A DNA stretch of 64,000 nucleotides from Epithemia pelagica (lineage: Eukaryota > Protista > Bacillariophyta). The stretch lies in NCBI GenBank assembly GCA_946965045.2, contig OX337242.1, forward strand, positions 930,001 through 994,000, read 5' to 3'. The notes beneath the pieces were generated by a model, which was not told the origin of the DNA, searched no databases, and saw only the letters and a program-made list of their open reading frames with translations. Of this stretch, positions 30,325 through 42,471 are shown in pieces (positions within the stretch are counted from its first letter, which is position 1; every line of letters starts with the position of its first letter). The translations under genes were made by a program, and so were the position numbers.

Positions 30325-33300
30325 CTAAGCCTCAGCCGTCAACTGCTCCATGACGTCTTCTTGCATTTGATGGACCATAGCGCCCATGTGCTCCACATCC
30401 TCGACTTCAAATAATTGATCATGCGGTAGGTCTTCCTTGCTTTCGTCGAATTTTCGCTCAGTGGGGAAGGTCTCGTTAACAAGGAGTTGCAAGCGATGAG
30501 ATGGTTCTTGATTTTCAAACTGTGAAAGTATTGGGCTCAATTCAACGTGATTTGCAAACAATTCAAAACGCCCAAATACGTACAAGCCATAGCGGGCACG
30601 AGACAACGCAACCACCAAACGTCGCAAGTCTCGCAAATGACCAACAGACTCAGTCCGAACCAATGAAAGCAAGATATAATCATTTTGTTGCCCCTGGTAT
30701 TGGTCTACAGTTGACACTACATTCGGCCTGAGACCAGCAAGTGGAGTCCCCTCGCCGCACCGTTGGGCAATGATATCCGAGATCAACTCTTTTTGACCAT
30801 TGTAAGTTGTCAATATCGAAATGGAACCAGGTTGGTAGCCAAGGAGAACCATATACTGGAATAAAGCAACCAGATACTCAGCTTCCCCAGTGTTCTGATA
30901 AAAGAAGGCCGTTGGAGTGGTTTCTCCCCGCCCTTGAAAGTTTTCAACATTGATGAACTGAAAGGTATGAACGAAGCCTGGATTGGCAGTTCTGAAACGA
31001 TCGGCTGACGTCACATGGTCCAAGTTCCCGAGATCATTGTAGCGCCAATTGAATAAGTTGGCAATTTCCGGTCGAGCACGTCCTTGTTGGTCCAGCTCGA
31101 TTCTGGGTACCCCCATTCTTATTAGGCGCGCAAACATACTCCGGTCCATGTTGCTGTATCGAGAAAAGGACATGTTCTGGATGACAGGGGGAAGTTGATT
31201 GTGATCCCCAAGCAGACATACTCGCTTGAGTCGGCTCCTTCTGTTTGACGCCGCATCTGAATCACCTTTCTGCAATAAAAGTGGGATAAACGTATCAAGT
31301 TCCGTCATCTGTCCCGACTCCTCAACGACAAGATTATCATACTGAAAATCAAGCGAAGTCAAGTGGGCTCGAGCAATTGCAGCGTGAGTCGATGTCATGG
31401 CAACGATGCGAGCCTGCTTAATAAGGAAATAATCGCTGCGTTGACGCTGTGAACGGAGCAGCTCAAGCGGCCTGTACTCCTCCAGTTCGTCAAATATGCC
31501 CTGCAAAAGCCCGATGAACTTCTCAACACTGTCCAAAGATCTTGGTTCAACATCACTTCCAACAATGACACAAAAGGCGGAGAGGAACGGAAACTGACTC
31601 GAAAGTTGCTCTGAGTCATTGCTATTTGCGACACCTTCGTGAAGTTCAACCAATTTCGGTTGCACTTTTGTTTGATAGAAGACGGCGGCCGATTCGCAAG
31701 TGTATGAAGGCGATCCATCGGCACCACGTTCGGCACGACCGCTCAAGCCAAAGGACTCCGACATTTGTTGCACTTTTTCCAAAAGAAGTCCTCTACGCTT
31801 CAAGCAATAAGCAACGCGTCCCGTCTTGGTGAAATCGTGTGTCGAGTCTGTTTGTAAATCACGTTCACCCCCACCCAACCGAATCATGTAACGCTCTGGA
31901 ACATCACCACGGGCCATGACCTTTTCGAAAACATCATTCAGCGCGGCATTGGAATGCGTGACAATAACGGTGCGCTGAGCCGGAAAAGAATGATAAAGGC
32001 TAGCAATGATACTGCACATCGTGGTTAGGTTTGATCCGGGCGATCACATAGCAAGACATCGTGGTTAGGTTTGATCCGGGCGATCACATAGCAAGAGATT
32101 CAAAATCTTACCTCACAGCAACATCTGTTTTACCTGTACCAGGTGGGCCCACGATCAAACTTCCCATTTGAAAGATAAGTTAGAATGAGTCTAAGCGAGT
32201 ACTTTTCCTTACCACACAATCAATTGAAGAGCGTACCTAAGTCCGCATGACAAGCCGGATCGTATTGCTTCCACTTGTCTTGGGGTAAACCGGACAGAAT
32301 TTCCAACAAGACCTTGTGCTCTTGTGTATGATTTTGCCTCAACAATGAAAGACTCGTTCCCATTACCGTCCTCTTCCGTGCCAAACCGAATTTTGTAATT
32401 GCTTCGATTTGTCTCCGAAGCTTCCTTTTCCTCATTCCCACGTTTTTTCTTTATAGCACCAACGACCTTTCCGTCGACCTTCACCAAAGCATCATTGTCA
32501 CCCTCGGAAAATGCTTGTCGCAAGTGTTCTTCATCCATAAACACGTCGCCAAAATCCAGAAAAGCATCACTCGATGCAACACCAACAGTTTCCTCTGAGT
32601 ACTCTTGCATATACTTAGACTGGTGATGCGCCGAGTCTGGTGGTCCTTGTCCCAAGAGCAGAGGCTGTAACCACAGGGGAAGCACGTTTCCAATCGAGTC
32701 TGTGCCCTTGAGCAACTGTTGCGTAGTTTCCAACTGGGCCTTGAAACTGTTCTCACGACCATGACGACGAACCACCAAGTTGCACGAGCTGTACATATTC
32801 TTCCTCCCGCTTCGAACATCCTTATGGTACTGTATTGGGTCCAATGACACTGAGAATACCCGCTTGGTTCCCACGGCTTCTTTGGGCTGTTGTTCAATCC
32901 GAAGGGCAGGATCCGTCAGAACTGTGCCCTCCTGATCTCGAATATGTACAATTGTCGCTCCACGAACCATCTGAATCCCAAACCTTTGGGGAAAGGTTGG
33001 ATCGTCATCCTCCCGTACTAACCGGTCCCCGTAGTTATCAGCCTGATCATCTTGATATCCAAGGTTGGCCCGGAGTTCATGTACTGTTGGAGGTTCACCC
33101 CCCTGAGCTTGATTGACATCAATTGCTACCAGAAACACATTGTCATGTTCTCCCAATGTGTCCCATTCTTGGCGAATGGCACCTCCACATGGTTCCAGAT
33201 CGATTGTAAACTCCGCTTGCACTTTCCGCGGATGAAGCTCGCCCAACAAGGGTGGCTCAACTTTGGTAACGACCAAACCTGTGTCTTGCAATTCTAAAGC

Positions 33301-35181
33301 CATGCGAGCCCAACCAGCAAACGAAGTCTTGCTTACCCCTGTCACCATACCGCTCTCATTGTATTGGTCGTCATCCTGAGACAGTTGCGCTCCAGGGACT
33401 GGACGTAACCTTCGAATTACATTGACTAAATCAGAACGAATACTACTGGCTGTTTCCAGTTGCAACAGAGTGAAATTGCGCCACATGTAGTCGGAATATG
33501 ACAAGAATTGTGTTGAGTATAGTTTCGGTAACGACAAAACTTGCGACGGCAAGAGCAACTGAGAATGGCTTGGAGGGATGCGTGCCATATCCCACAAAAG
33601 CGATTCTGTGGGAAACAGCGGCAAGTAAGAAGTATGAAATGTTTGAGATTGAGTAGGATCGCCGATCGCAATCGAGGCTGGTAGGTGCAAATACTCTGCC
33701 AGAACATCCAACAAAAAGTCTCGTTGTTTGAATAGGAACTCCAATTCCGATTGTCCTCGATCAATTAAGCGAAGCGTGTGCAAAAGTCCGAGAAGTTCAT
33801 CATGAGACAGACTTGACAACGCCTGCTGCAAGAACTTGTCACTCAGACCAGTCTGATTGTCACCACAAAGCTGTCCCAGTCCAGCAAAGATGACATCATC
33901 CAATTTAGACGTGGTCCCATAGTATCGGTTACAAATCTGCTGAAAGATGCTTGCTCGTCGGTAATAATGCATCCGAAGGGCACTCGTATCCGACGCCGAC
34001 GTCGACCAACCAAGGAGAGATGAACCTCTCTTACTCGACACTGAGCTGGGTCCCGATATGGACAACATCAGCGGGTCGTTGCGTTGCAACTGTTGAATAC
34101 GCTCTAGCAGCTGCAAGGTCAATGTATGGGAAGAAGAGAGGCCATGGTCGTTATCTGGGATATTCTGTTCGATACGTGCGAGACCGCGACGAAACCGAAT
34201 GACAAAATGAGTTGCTCGTAAGTAGAACAGCAAGAAGGTGCGGAGCACCGAAGAAGACGAGAGAAAATCAATAAGCATTTCCAAAGAACGGTGAAGAAAG
34301 ACAGAGTTTCGGATGGAGTCGCTTGAACTATTGTCCGAAGTATTCATTTCGTTTTCTCCGCTGCCGCCTTCCACAAAATACAGAATTGTTCCAAAGACAT
34401 AAATGAGAAAGGGAGAAGAACTATCGTCCGATTGCTGATTGCTTCCTCCCTCATCTTTCTTGAACTTCAACAGCGATTCATCGTGTTTCTTCAGTTGTCG
34501 TTCTAACAGATCCCGGCAATTCTTGGGTATGTATTCCATGAGGATACTTCCTGGAGTACTTTCATGGCTTCCGTGTACGGCGCAGAGGCGGACTGTCTCA
34601 TGTTCATGTCCCAACAACGTAATGCAGTGACAGACGGTGGTGAGCCCCGCAATTTTTCCTGAGCTTTCAAGATTGGTACTTTCGTCCAGATCCTTGGACG
34701 TAACGAATGATGTACTGTCACAAAGTGTGCGGAACACAGCACGCAACAGATATGGTGCGGATGATGAAGCGGATGAAAGCTTCTGCACATACTGCTTGGT
34801 TCCAGCCGTTAGTCTTCCCGATTGCCCTTCGTACGACAAGAGGAGAGCCCACAAATGACACAACCATCGAAAATCTTGGTTCGATGAAACAGACGCATGG
34901 ATAGGGTCGGTTTCAGATAAATCTTCCAAGATCAGCTCCAATTGAGGGCCCACTCGTGTACGGATCCAACCTTGATCAACTGTACGCACTTGATGCAAAC
35001 TGGATCGTTCGGGATGAGAAGACCACTCAACGAGTTCTTTGTAAAGATCCTGTAGAGGTGATAAATCTTGCTGTCTCGCCCTGATCCCATCAACTTCCCC
35101 TTCGACCTTGCTTTTTGCAGAGGAGCTTTTCTTTTGGGGCTTGCCGTCCTCTTTGGCCGAGCGTTGGCGTTTCTTCGTCAT
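30325..35181 (-). CDS. AQR: Intron-binding spliceosomal helicase Aquarius; join(35181-32237, 32159-32112, 32011-30325), 1559 aa
   Basis: FLSYSDYMWRNFTLLQLE, SFAGWARMA, VRFTPRQVEAIRSG, spliced LIVGPPGTGKTDVAV, VTHSNAALN, LLGDHNQLPPV, TVDQYQGQQNDY and RRLVVALSRARYGLY; two introns restore the frame. Confidence 0.95.
32017..32096. repeat. Exact 40-bp tandem duplication inside Aquarius intron 2
   Basis: CATCGTGGTTAGGTTTGATCCGGGCGATCACATAGCAAGA x2. Confidence 0.95.
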
Positions 35182-35647
35182 GGTCGTCCGTCCAAAAATC
35201 TTTCACCACGTGAAACGCGGTGAGAGTGAGACCGGGCGCCGGACAAACGCTCTACATGAGCAGTCGGCTAGCCCTATCCGCCGCATAGTTTAGAGGAGTA
35301 ATCCTCTGACAGGCGAGGAAAGTTAAAAGGTTGCCACAAAGATAAAGAGTAAAGGAGAAACCTGGAACTGGGAGGGTACGGAAAGGAAGAAAAAGAAACT
35401 CACAGAACGAACTCCATCTTCTCTTATGTGACTGGAACGGTGTGAAAGGAAAAACACATCTAATTGGAGCGTTAGATTGAAGGTTAGTTTAACTACACTC
35501 TATTGATTGTGATACGCATATGGAAACGGTAATTGTAAGGGAGAAAACCAGAGAGAGACAAAGTATAATAGCACCATAAAAATGTGTAGGTGAGGAACGG
35601 AGCATGATGCCTCACGATATTTTGTGGATCGCATCACATTCTGCTGT

Positions 35648-36211
35648 TTACTCCCATGTATCTTCAGTGTATCCCAATACACTGAGGCACAACCTCTGCT
35701 GATCCGACATTTCATGCCACTCGATTTCCAAACTTTCCGGCCAGTGATCGTGGTCCCACGTGTGCTGTGTGAAGCCCAGTTCCGTCGCAGCTTCTTGAAC
35801 GATACTGGGAAGGTCCGCCCAATTCTTGTCTTCATACTGATGCTCCCAAGCGTCGTGGTCCCATCCCATGGTGGTGACATGAGTCTTTTCGTCTTCTGTC
35901 AAGTCATGCCAATGTTTGTGGTCCACATGAATCAAAACTGAATCGTCCCATTTTTCCTTATCGTAGCCAAGTCCAGTAGCCGCCTTCTTGATACTTGGTG
36001 GAAGCTGAGCCCATTTGATGTCTTCATACTTGGAGGCTTTGCCTGAAAACTTGGACTTCTTCTTATACTGAAAAGCCTTGTTGGTGGTTACAGGTTTAGC
36101 TGCTTCCTCCTTCGTGTCGTTGTGGTTGTTCTTGACAAAGTTTGCACAGCAAGGAACGTCAACGCAGACCGCAGTAAGTTTGCTTAGGTTGTTCACAATC
36201 GCTGCCGCCAT
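35648..36211 (-). CDS. Uncharacterised protein with four W-x2-L-x7-(A)-x2-LG(Y/F/W)-x4-W(D/E) repeats, 187 aa
   Basis: Repeats WAQLPPSIKKAATGLGYDKEKWD, WHDLTEDEKTHVTTMGWDHDAWE, WADLPSIVQEAATELGFTQHTWD and WHEMSDQQRLCLSVLGYTEDTWE. Confidence 0.75.
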   Translation of the reverse strand: MAAAIVNNLSKLTAVCVDVPCCANFVKNNHNDTKEEAAKPVTTNKAFQYKKKSKFSGKASKYEDIKWAQLPPSIKKAATGLGYDKEKWDDSVLIHVDHKHWHDLTEDEKTHVTTMGWDHDAWEHQYEDKNWADLPSIVQEAATELGFTQHTWDHDHWPESLEIEWHEMSDQQRLCLSVLGYTEDTWE

Positions 36212-36763
36212 GATCTCGGTGTTAGTTTGTCACGTTCGACAATCCGACAGGAGTTCTCTGTTTATTGGAGGAAGCTGTCAAAGTCAAAGTGAATCTCCAA
36301 CCACTGCTTCGGTTTTGTGGGAATGGATGGAGAAAGATAACTATTGGGTCAATACACAGGGTCTCCGGCGATAGTTGATTGAGTGTCCGTGTCCGTTGAA
36401 CGGTCTTCATCCGTTAACTGGACTCCAATATCGGTTGTCGCAGGGAGACAATGTTCATAAATATGGGACTGACTGTCTGTGTGATTGGATCAAACATTAT
36501 CTGTAGATAAGGGATATAGACGGCCTCGCGTGGAAGGATCGGCGGCGGAGCTCGTTTTCGCATCTATCGTCACAAAGTCTCTCGTTCCATTACTTTCAAC
36601 TTTCAAAACAGTAACCGACGATGGCCCTGAAAGAAGAATGAATGCTTTGCTGAAGCAAGCTCTGAAAATGAAATCGTAAGTTACACGTGGTGCAAAACCA
36701 AAATGACGCGGGAGAAAATGAAAACTTTCATTCCACTATTTATGATTGTTTTTCTAGTTATTT

Positions 36764-37871
36764 CTAGCGTGACGGAGGGTCTTTAACATAGATTGTGAGC
36801 TCAACACCATCTTGCCACACATTATTTCCTCTGGTATCATTCATTTCGTCCTCTCGTATGTATTCTAATTGACCCTTTTCTAATTTCGTTGTGACAATGC
36901 CCCGGTTTGCCAGCTCCTGAACGTAGTTTCGATACTCATCCAACTGAAAGAAAACCACATTGTCGGCTGCAACGGCACAGTTCGCACGAATTATTCCTTC
37001 GTCCTCTAGATGTTTCAAATCAGGAAGGTAATCGTCTTTATGGTGATCCAAAAAGACCAACGATACTGGCGGTAGATTGTTGGATGTCCAGACAGAATTA
37101 AACTTTTCAACAAGGGCGGTCTTGATTCTCGTGCCAAGTGACGAGGTTCCATCCTGAAGAAGATAACTGAAGTTGTCTGTGGAGAGTCCAGCTACTTGAT
37201 GGAACTGCTGAGCTACATGGATACATTGAGGATCGACATCCACCGTCACAATATGAAAGCTGGAAGAGCCGATGCACTTTTGCAGTGTCCGAGCCATTAG
37301 GGCAGCAGAATAACCACAATAAGTACCAATTTCAACAATTATAAACGGAACATCAGGTCGAAGATCGTGATGCGCATGGACTCGTGCCGTCAAAAAGTTC
37401 TCCAATATGGGGCCCTTGTCCGTCTTGAAAATAGACAAATCACATCAGTTTCCTTTATGAGATGCTCCAAACCATTGGGAGAAAATTCAAACTTACCCCG
37501 ATATGCATCATCCAATGTCTTTGATAACAGAACTGATCCACTAGACGTATTGCATGATCTATCGAGTTTTCGTTGGATGTTTTGGCCATTCCATTGCGAA
37601 CGAACTGCAGCATCGCAAGTTCTGTTCCAGGATGATGCGAATTGAACCCATTCGCTGGATCGCGTCGTTGCTGCTGAATATTCTGTCGCTCGGCTTCTCC
37701 TCCGCTGGCCAAGGACGGTCCGAACATATCGAAAGGGTCTTCATCCTCATCGTCGTTGTTGCACTCAGTGACCATCTCGTCCATTGAGATCTTCGGGGGA
37801 GAGATGCGAGACATTTGTCCTATTGTACTTCCATAGGTGGAGAGGTAGGGAGTGGAAAACTGGAGTACCAC
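36764..37871 (-). CDS. Catechol-O-methyltransferase-like SAM-dependent methyltransferase; join(37871-37497, 37423-36764)
   Basis: VDQFCYQRHWMMHIG/TDKG, IVEIGTYCGYSA, VFLDHHKDDYLPDL and VAADNV; 73-nt GT-AG intron in phase 0. Confidence 0.85.
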
Positions 37872-38085
37872 GAAGAAACGATCTTTACACTACCTAGCGT
37901 GACATCATGGATGGTCCACAATGAAGACAGGCCGCAGGTGCAGAACACTTGAAATCGGAACGATTATCATCAACGAAGTTGACAGTCAAGACGCATTGGA
38001 AAGTATCCTAGAGGAAAAGGGACAAGACAAAATGAATCGAGGACGGGGACTCAATATGGGAAAAGGAGTCGACTGTGCGAAAAAA

Positions 38086-38500
38086 ATGGCCCTTGAAACC
38101 TTTCGAAGGACCACACGCTCATTATTCCGAACATACCCAACCGTGAAGGACGAGATTGATAAGATCAAGTACACAATATTGGGTCAATTTCCGGTAGAGG
38201 GCATCAAAACTGGTTACCAGTGGAACAAGATACAACCAAAATTTGTCTATAGAGACCACAAGTATGATGGTCTCTCCATCCTCCCGCATGCCCGAAAGGT
38301 ACGATTCGTTGGATCCGGAAAGTTCGGATATGAGGATATACCATTCTCACTCTACTTGTTGGATTTTTCGCTCCATGCTACAGTTTGACAAGCCATTTTA
38401 TACGCCCCAAGAGCAGAGACGGTTACAGAAGCTGGTACAACTTCGGCGGAAAGGAAAAGGACCACCTAAGAAAGGATCTGGTCGTCGAGCCAAGAAATAA
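38086..38500 (+). CDS. MRPS33: Mitochondrial ribosomal protein mS33-like; join(38086-38298, 38384-38500)
   Basis: The C-terminus EQRRLQKLVQLRRKGKGPPKKGSGRRAKK is typical of mS33; an 85-nt GT-AG intron joins the two ORF-track fragments in frame; start codon uncertain. Confidence 0.7.
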
Positions 38501-38595
38501 TCGACCACAATTAGAGTTGTAGGCCACTGTTTCAACTGTGTGTGCCTCAAAGAATTCCTCCAGTCGAATATCCAATCAATTTTACTTAGGTAAAT

Positions 38596-39183
38596 TCACT
38601 CCTTTCTCTTCTCACCAAATATTGCGCGGTATGCTCGGCGATGCCATGCATTCCGTTTTTCTCTTTCCATTCTCCGCTCTTCCAAGATTTCGTGGGGTCG
38701 TTTGATACGTCTGGTGTTGTCATAATCCGATGATACAATTTTGTTCAGGCGCTCCATCATTTCTTCGTGTTCTGTCTCTAACGCCGCTTGGCGAAGCGAT
38801 TTCGATGACTGTCCCTTGGACACTTCCCGCTCTTTCAATCTTCCTTCTATCGCGTTCGCTACAACCCAAGCACCCATGACCGAGAACAATACAAAGGGAG
38901 CACCAATGAGGAAGAAACGGGTCTGTGGGACTTTTGTTTTCTCTTCCTTCAACTGATGAACCTTTTTTACCGTGGCAGCATCTGCATGGACAGAACTTCG
39001 TGGTACTCCAGCCAGTGTCACGGTGGCCTCCTTTGCTTTCGAAGTGGTCGCAGATGGAGGTGCTGCAGATGAAGCAGCCGAACGTTGTATCACAGAAAGG
39101 CAACTTGCCGTCACATTGTGGTCACAGCGAAAGCAGCTACCGCATCTCCTGAACGTTTTGTGAAAGACGGTAATACCCTTCAT
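38596..39183 (-). CDS. COX16: Cytochrome c oxidase assembly protein COX16-like (start uncertain; ORF open to 39390)
   Basis: FFLIGAPFVLFSVMGAWVV TM followed by LETEHEEMMERL...DYDNTRRIKRP, preceded by a basic/hydroxylated presequence-like segment. Confidence 0.6.
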   Translation of the reverse strand: MKGITVFHKTFRRCGSCFRCDHNVTASCLSVIQRSAASSAAPPSATTSKAKEATVTLAGVPRSSVHADAATVKKVHQLKEEKTKVPQTRFFLIGAPFVLFSVMGAWVVANAIEGRLKEREVSKGQSSKSLRQAALETEHEEMMERLNKIVSSDYDNTRRIKRPHEILEERRMEREKRNAWHRRAYRAIFGEKRKE

Positions 39184-39516
39184 TTCCAGAAGCTTCGAAT
39201 GTTGAAAAAGCACGGGGTGATCATTGTCATCGCTCGCAAGAACAAAATGTTGTGTGACGCAGACGACAGGAACGACCGAGCTACCTAAGCTACCTATGGT
39301 CATGAAGTCCTCATAATCCTTGAGTAGCGTATTCCTAGGAGTAGTCACTACGGAGTAGAATAACATTTTCCATATCCAAGTTGAGGGCATCTAAGAGTGT
39401 GTTCCGTTATTCGTAATATCTATGTATACAATGCATTCATGACTTTGGCCACTACGCCGATATGCTCCTTATCCTTTGATCCCATCGTTTCGACAGAGGC
39501 TTGACGACGAGGTCGC

Positions 39517-40527
39517 CTACGTGTTGCTGGTGGTTGGGTTGATTTCCAGGGCACCTCGTCGAATCCAAATATCCCTCACGCCTTCATGCTGCGGCCCTGT
39601 ATACCGTAATATTTTTAGATTGCCGTCCACATAGGTGGTATCGGCCGAATGGTCGGATGGATCAAACACCTGACTGGGCATGGCACGGAACAAGAGACCG
39701 ACCAAGGCCTGACAATCGTTCGGCATGCGTTGACCTCGAGGTTGTAGAATGTGCTCTTCCAAGGCCAACGATAAGCGGGCTCCATGTTGAATTTCATAGG
39801 ACGACTTGACGGTAAAGCTTCCGGTGCAGTCAAATTGACCGGGGACACCATCGGCCAAATCCCAAACCACATGTGTGGTTAAATTGCCACCCAGATTGGC
39901 GCATTCCATAGTGTGAAAGAGTTCACGCATTCGAAAGACTTGCGGAGAAACAATTCCTTTTTGGGGATTATTCACCATATTGGTTGAAAATAACAATTGC
40001 CAGTCCCCTTGTTGCAAGAGATTCAAAAAGTCCAAGGTTTGGACCGGTTGGTACAGCGATTCCAGAGTATTGACCAAAGTTTCAACCCGGCGGTATTCAT
40101 GAGCTTTCCCTGTCAAACTGGGCAACAGCTCCAGTAACTCAGCTTTGGCCTCGTCTATACTCAAAACGCTCTGGTTTTCGTCCTTTTCTGGGGCACTGCT
40201 GCTCGGTTCCTCGTTGTGTGACAACCGACTCGACATTGATGGTTTCTTTTGTGTACCAAATCCTTTGAACTCTTGTTCAGAAATGATTTCTGTTTCCTCA
40301 CTGACGGATGCAGAAATGAAGGAAGGGCGAACGTGTGTTGTACTAATGGTACGTCGTTTGTGTCCTCCTCTGTGTGTCGTTGTGGTCTGGAGTACTGAAA
40401 AGGCTGCCGCCGAATCTTTTCCTAGCCAAAGGACGGCATGCGCCATCAAAATCTTTGAATTCAAACAACACCTTCGTTTCGTCGTTGATACAACGTTACC
40501 ACTCTTCGTCTCACCATTGCCTCTCAT
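39517..40527 (-). CDS. PAP/fibrillin-family plastid lipid-associated protein, 336 aa
   Basis: AKAELLELL...VETLVNTLE...GDWQLLFST and DTTYVDGNLKILR; bipartite-like presequence (SAAAF-SV). Confidence 0.75.
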   Translation of the reverse strand: MRGNGETKSGNVVSTTKRRCCLNSKILMAHAVLWLGKDSAAAFSVLQTTTTHRGGHKRRTISTTHVRPSFISASVSEETEIISEQEFKGFGTQKKPSMSSRLSHNEEPSSSAPEKDENQSVLSIDEAKAELLELLPSLTGKAHEYRRVETLVNTLESLYQPVQTLDFLNLLQQGDWQLLFSTNMVNNPQKGIVSPQVFRMRELFHTMECANLGGNLTTHVVWDLADGVPGQFDCTGSFTVKSSYEIQHGARLSLALEEHILQPRGQRMPNDCQALVGLLFRAMPSQVFDPSDHSADTTYVDGNLKILRYTGPQHEGVRDIWIRRGALEINPTTSNT

Positions 40528-40698
40528 TGTTACATTCGATGCTTGTCAAAAGTGATGTGGAAGAAACTGGTCGGCAGATGGACATGACGATCGACGGCGA
40601 GCAGAACTTCTTCCCTCGCGTGTGGTTTGGGCGATCGAATAGCGACCTCTTCCGACATTGCGGAACAATGGAACGCATTCCAATGGAACCTGCCAACA

Positions 40699-42471
40699 AT
40701 GATGATGCGAAATCGGCGAAATGAACCGCTTGTTCCGGTTTTTTGGCTTTCGGTAGTCGTTGTGGTAGTGAGTTGGAAGCATGGATTGGTAGTCCAAGCA
40801 TTTGTTCCCACCCAATCCTTCTTGCCACCACTTCCTTGGTCGTCATCGAATGTTGTGATTGGTGGTCATCCAGAGTGGTGGTTGCGGGCACCCCAGCAGA
40901 CACGGACAACAATTCGCAAGTCCTACCGAAAGCGGTCGGTACCGACATCGCTTCGAGAAGGAAACGATTCCGACAATCCCTGGATCCCTCCACCGACAAC
41001 AAGGACAACGACCACCAACCCTCTTCCGCTGTCGAGTACCCTTGGTGGTGGTAAAAAGTCGGAACATGATTCAGCGATGGACGACGAGCAACAAGATGTA
41101 TCATCTCCGAACGATATTACAAGAATCGAGGAAGAGTCACTGGAAAGGAGGGATCTTGCTTGGGTCTCTAAGATATTTTTCGACGAACCGACCGACAACA
41201 ACGAGGGAGACAATCCTTCGGCGCGGGCGGTATGGCTCTTAAATGCCGTGGCCATTATATGGGGGACCCAGCATGCTGTGATCAAGACAGTTGTGACAAA
41301 TCCAAATCCAATCACTGATGGTGGCTGGGACTGGACGACCAGTGGCAATGTTGTTGGCGATACGGCCACTGCTGCCATGTTCACATTGATTCGCTTCTCC
41401 TTGGCGGCAGCCTTGGCCAGTCCGTATACACCAGGCTTGAGGGAATGGTGGAACGACATTCAAAGAATCGAACCAATAGCATTGCCTGTCTCGGAAGGGG
41501 GAGAAACCAATGGTGCAACGTCCATGGAAACAACCACGAATGGAATCGGCACTACTGGTTCCGTTATCGAAACCAGCCAAGATACAGAACCGTATCACAC
41601 GACGCAGGTTGGAACGGTAGACAAATGGGACACTGTGGCAATGGCATGGCGATGGGGTGCTGAGCTGGGTGTATGGATGTTTCTAGGATTTGCTTTTCAA
41701 GCCATTGGCTTACAATACACCACGGCTCAAAAATCAGGATTTCTCTTGTACCTCAACTGCAAATTTGTTCCCTTTTTTGCAGCGGTTCTGTTTGGACGGT
41801 CCATTTCGACCGCCACCTGGCTCAGTGCCTTGGTAGCAGTTGTCGGTACGGCCCTATTGGCAGTGGGAAGCAGTTCGGGTTTGAGCGCAGGGAGCGCCAA
41901 CGATTGGAATGTGGGAGACTTGTGGAGTATTGCGGCCGCCATGACGTCGGCCATGTTTATTTTACGCATGGAACGAGCTAGCACGGCGGTGGCAGACAAC
42001 CAGGCTAGTGAATTGAATGCTGCCTGTTTGTGGATTGTGGCCCTCTTGGCCAGTTTTTGGACGTGGGGGGCTGGAACATTGGCCGCACCCGAAATGGAAA
42101 TGACGAGTGACCTGACAACCAGCACGTTGTCCCAACTACCGACGACGGCGTCCACGACAGTTCTGCTCGAGTCCATGAGCAACATGGTACAAGATTCGTG
42201 GTTGGCCTTTTTGTATTTGGGTGGCATTGCGACGGCCGTTTGCAATTGGTTACAAACCAAGGCACAACGCTACGTTAGCGCCGAACGAGCCTGTGTCATT
42301 TATGCCATGGACCCAGTCTATGGTGCCCTGTTTAGTGCCTGGTGGTTGGGTGAATCGCTTCCCGGAACATGGGGCTACCTGGGAGCCGGTCTCATTACAG
42401 TGGCGGCCGCGACCAATGCATTCTTTATGGACAACAACGACACCGTAAAAGACGAGACAACGTCTTCATGA
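40699..42471 (+). CDS. EamA/DMT-family transporter with plastid-type presequence, about 590 aa
   Basis: IIWGTQHAVIK, FTLIRFSLAA, GFAFQAIGLQYTTAQKSGFL, WLQTKAQRYVSAERACVIYAMDPVYGALFS; VQAF-VP presequence motif. Confidence 0.85.
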   Translation: MMMRNRRNEPLVPVFWLSVVVVVVSWKHGLVVQAFVPTQSFLPPLPWSSSNVVIGGHPEWWLRAPQQTRTTIRKSYRKRSVPTSLREGNDSDNPWIPPPTTRTTTTNPLPLSSTLGGGKKSEHDSAMDDEQQDVSSPNDITRIEEESLERRDLAWVSKIFFDEPTDNNEGDNPSARAVWLLNAVAIIWGTQHAVIKTVVTNPNPITDGGWDWTTSGNVVGDTATAAMFTLIRFSLAAALASPYTPGLREWWNDIQRIEPIALPVSEGGETNGATSMETTTNGIGTTGSVIETSQDTEPYHTTQVGTVDKWDTVAMAWRWGAELGVWMFLGFAFQAIGLQYTTAQKSGFLLYLNCKFVPFFAAVLFGRSISTATWLSALVAVVGTALLAVGSSSGLSAGSANDWNVGDLWSIAAAMTSAMFILRMERASTAVADNQASELNAACLWIVALLASFWTWGAGTLAAPEMEMTSDLTTSTLSQLPTTASTTVLLESMSNMVQDSWLAFLYLGGIATAVCNWLQTKAQRYVSAERACVIYAMDPVYGALFSAWWLGESLPGTWGYLGAGLITVAAATNAFFMDNNDTVKDETTSS

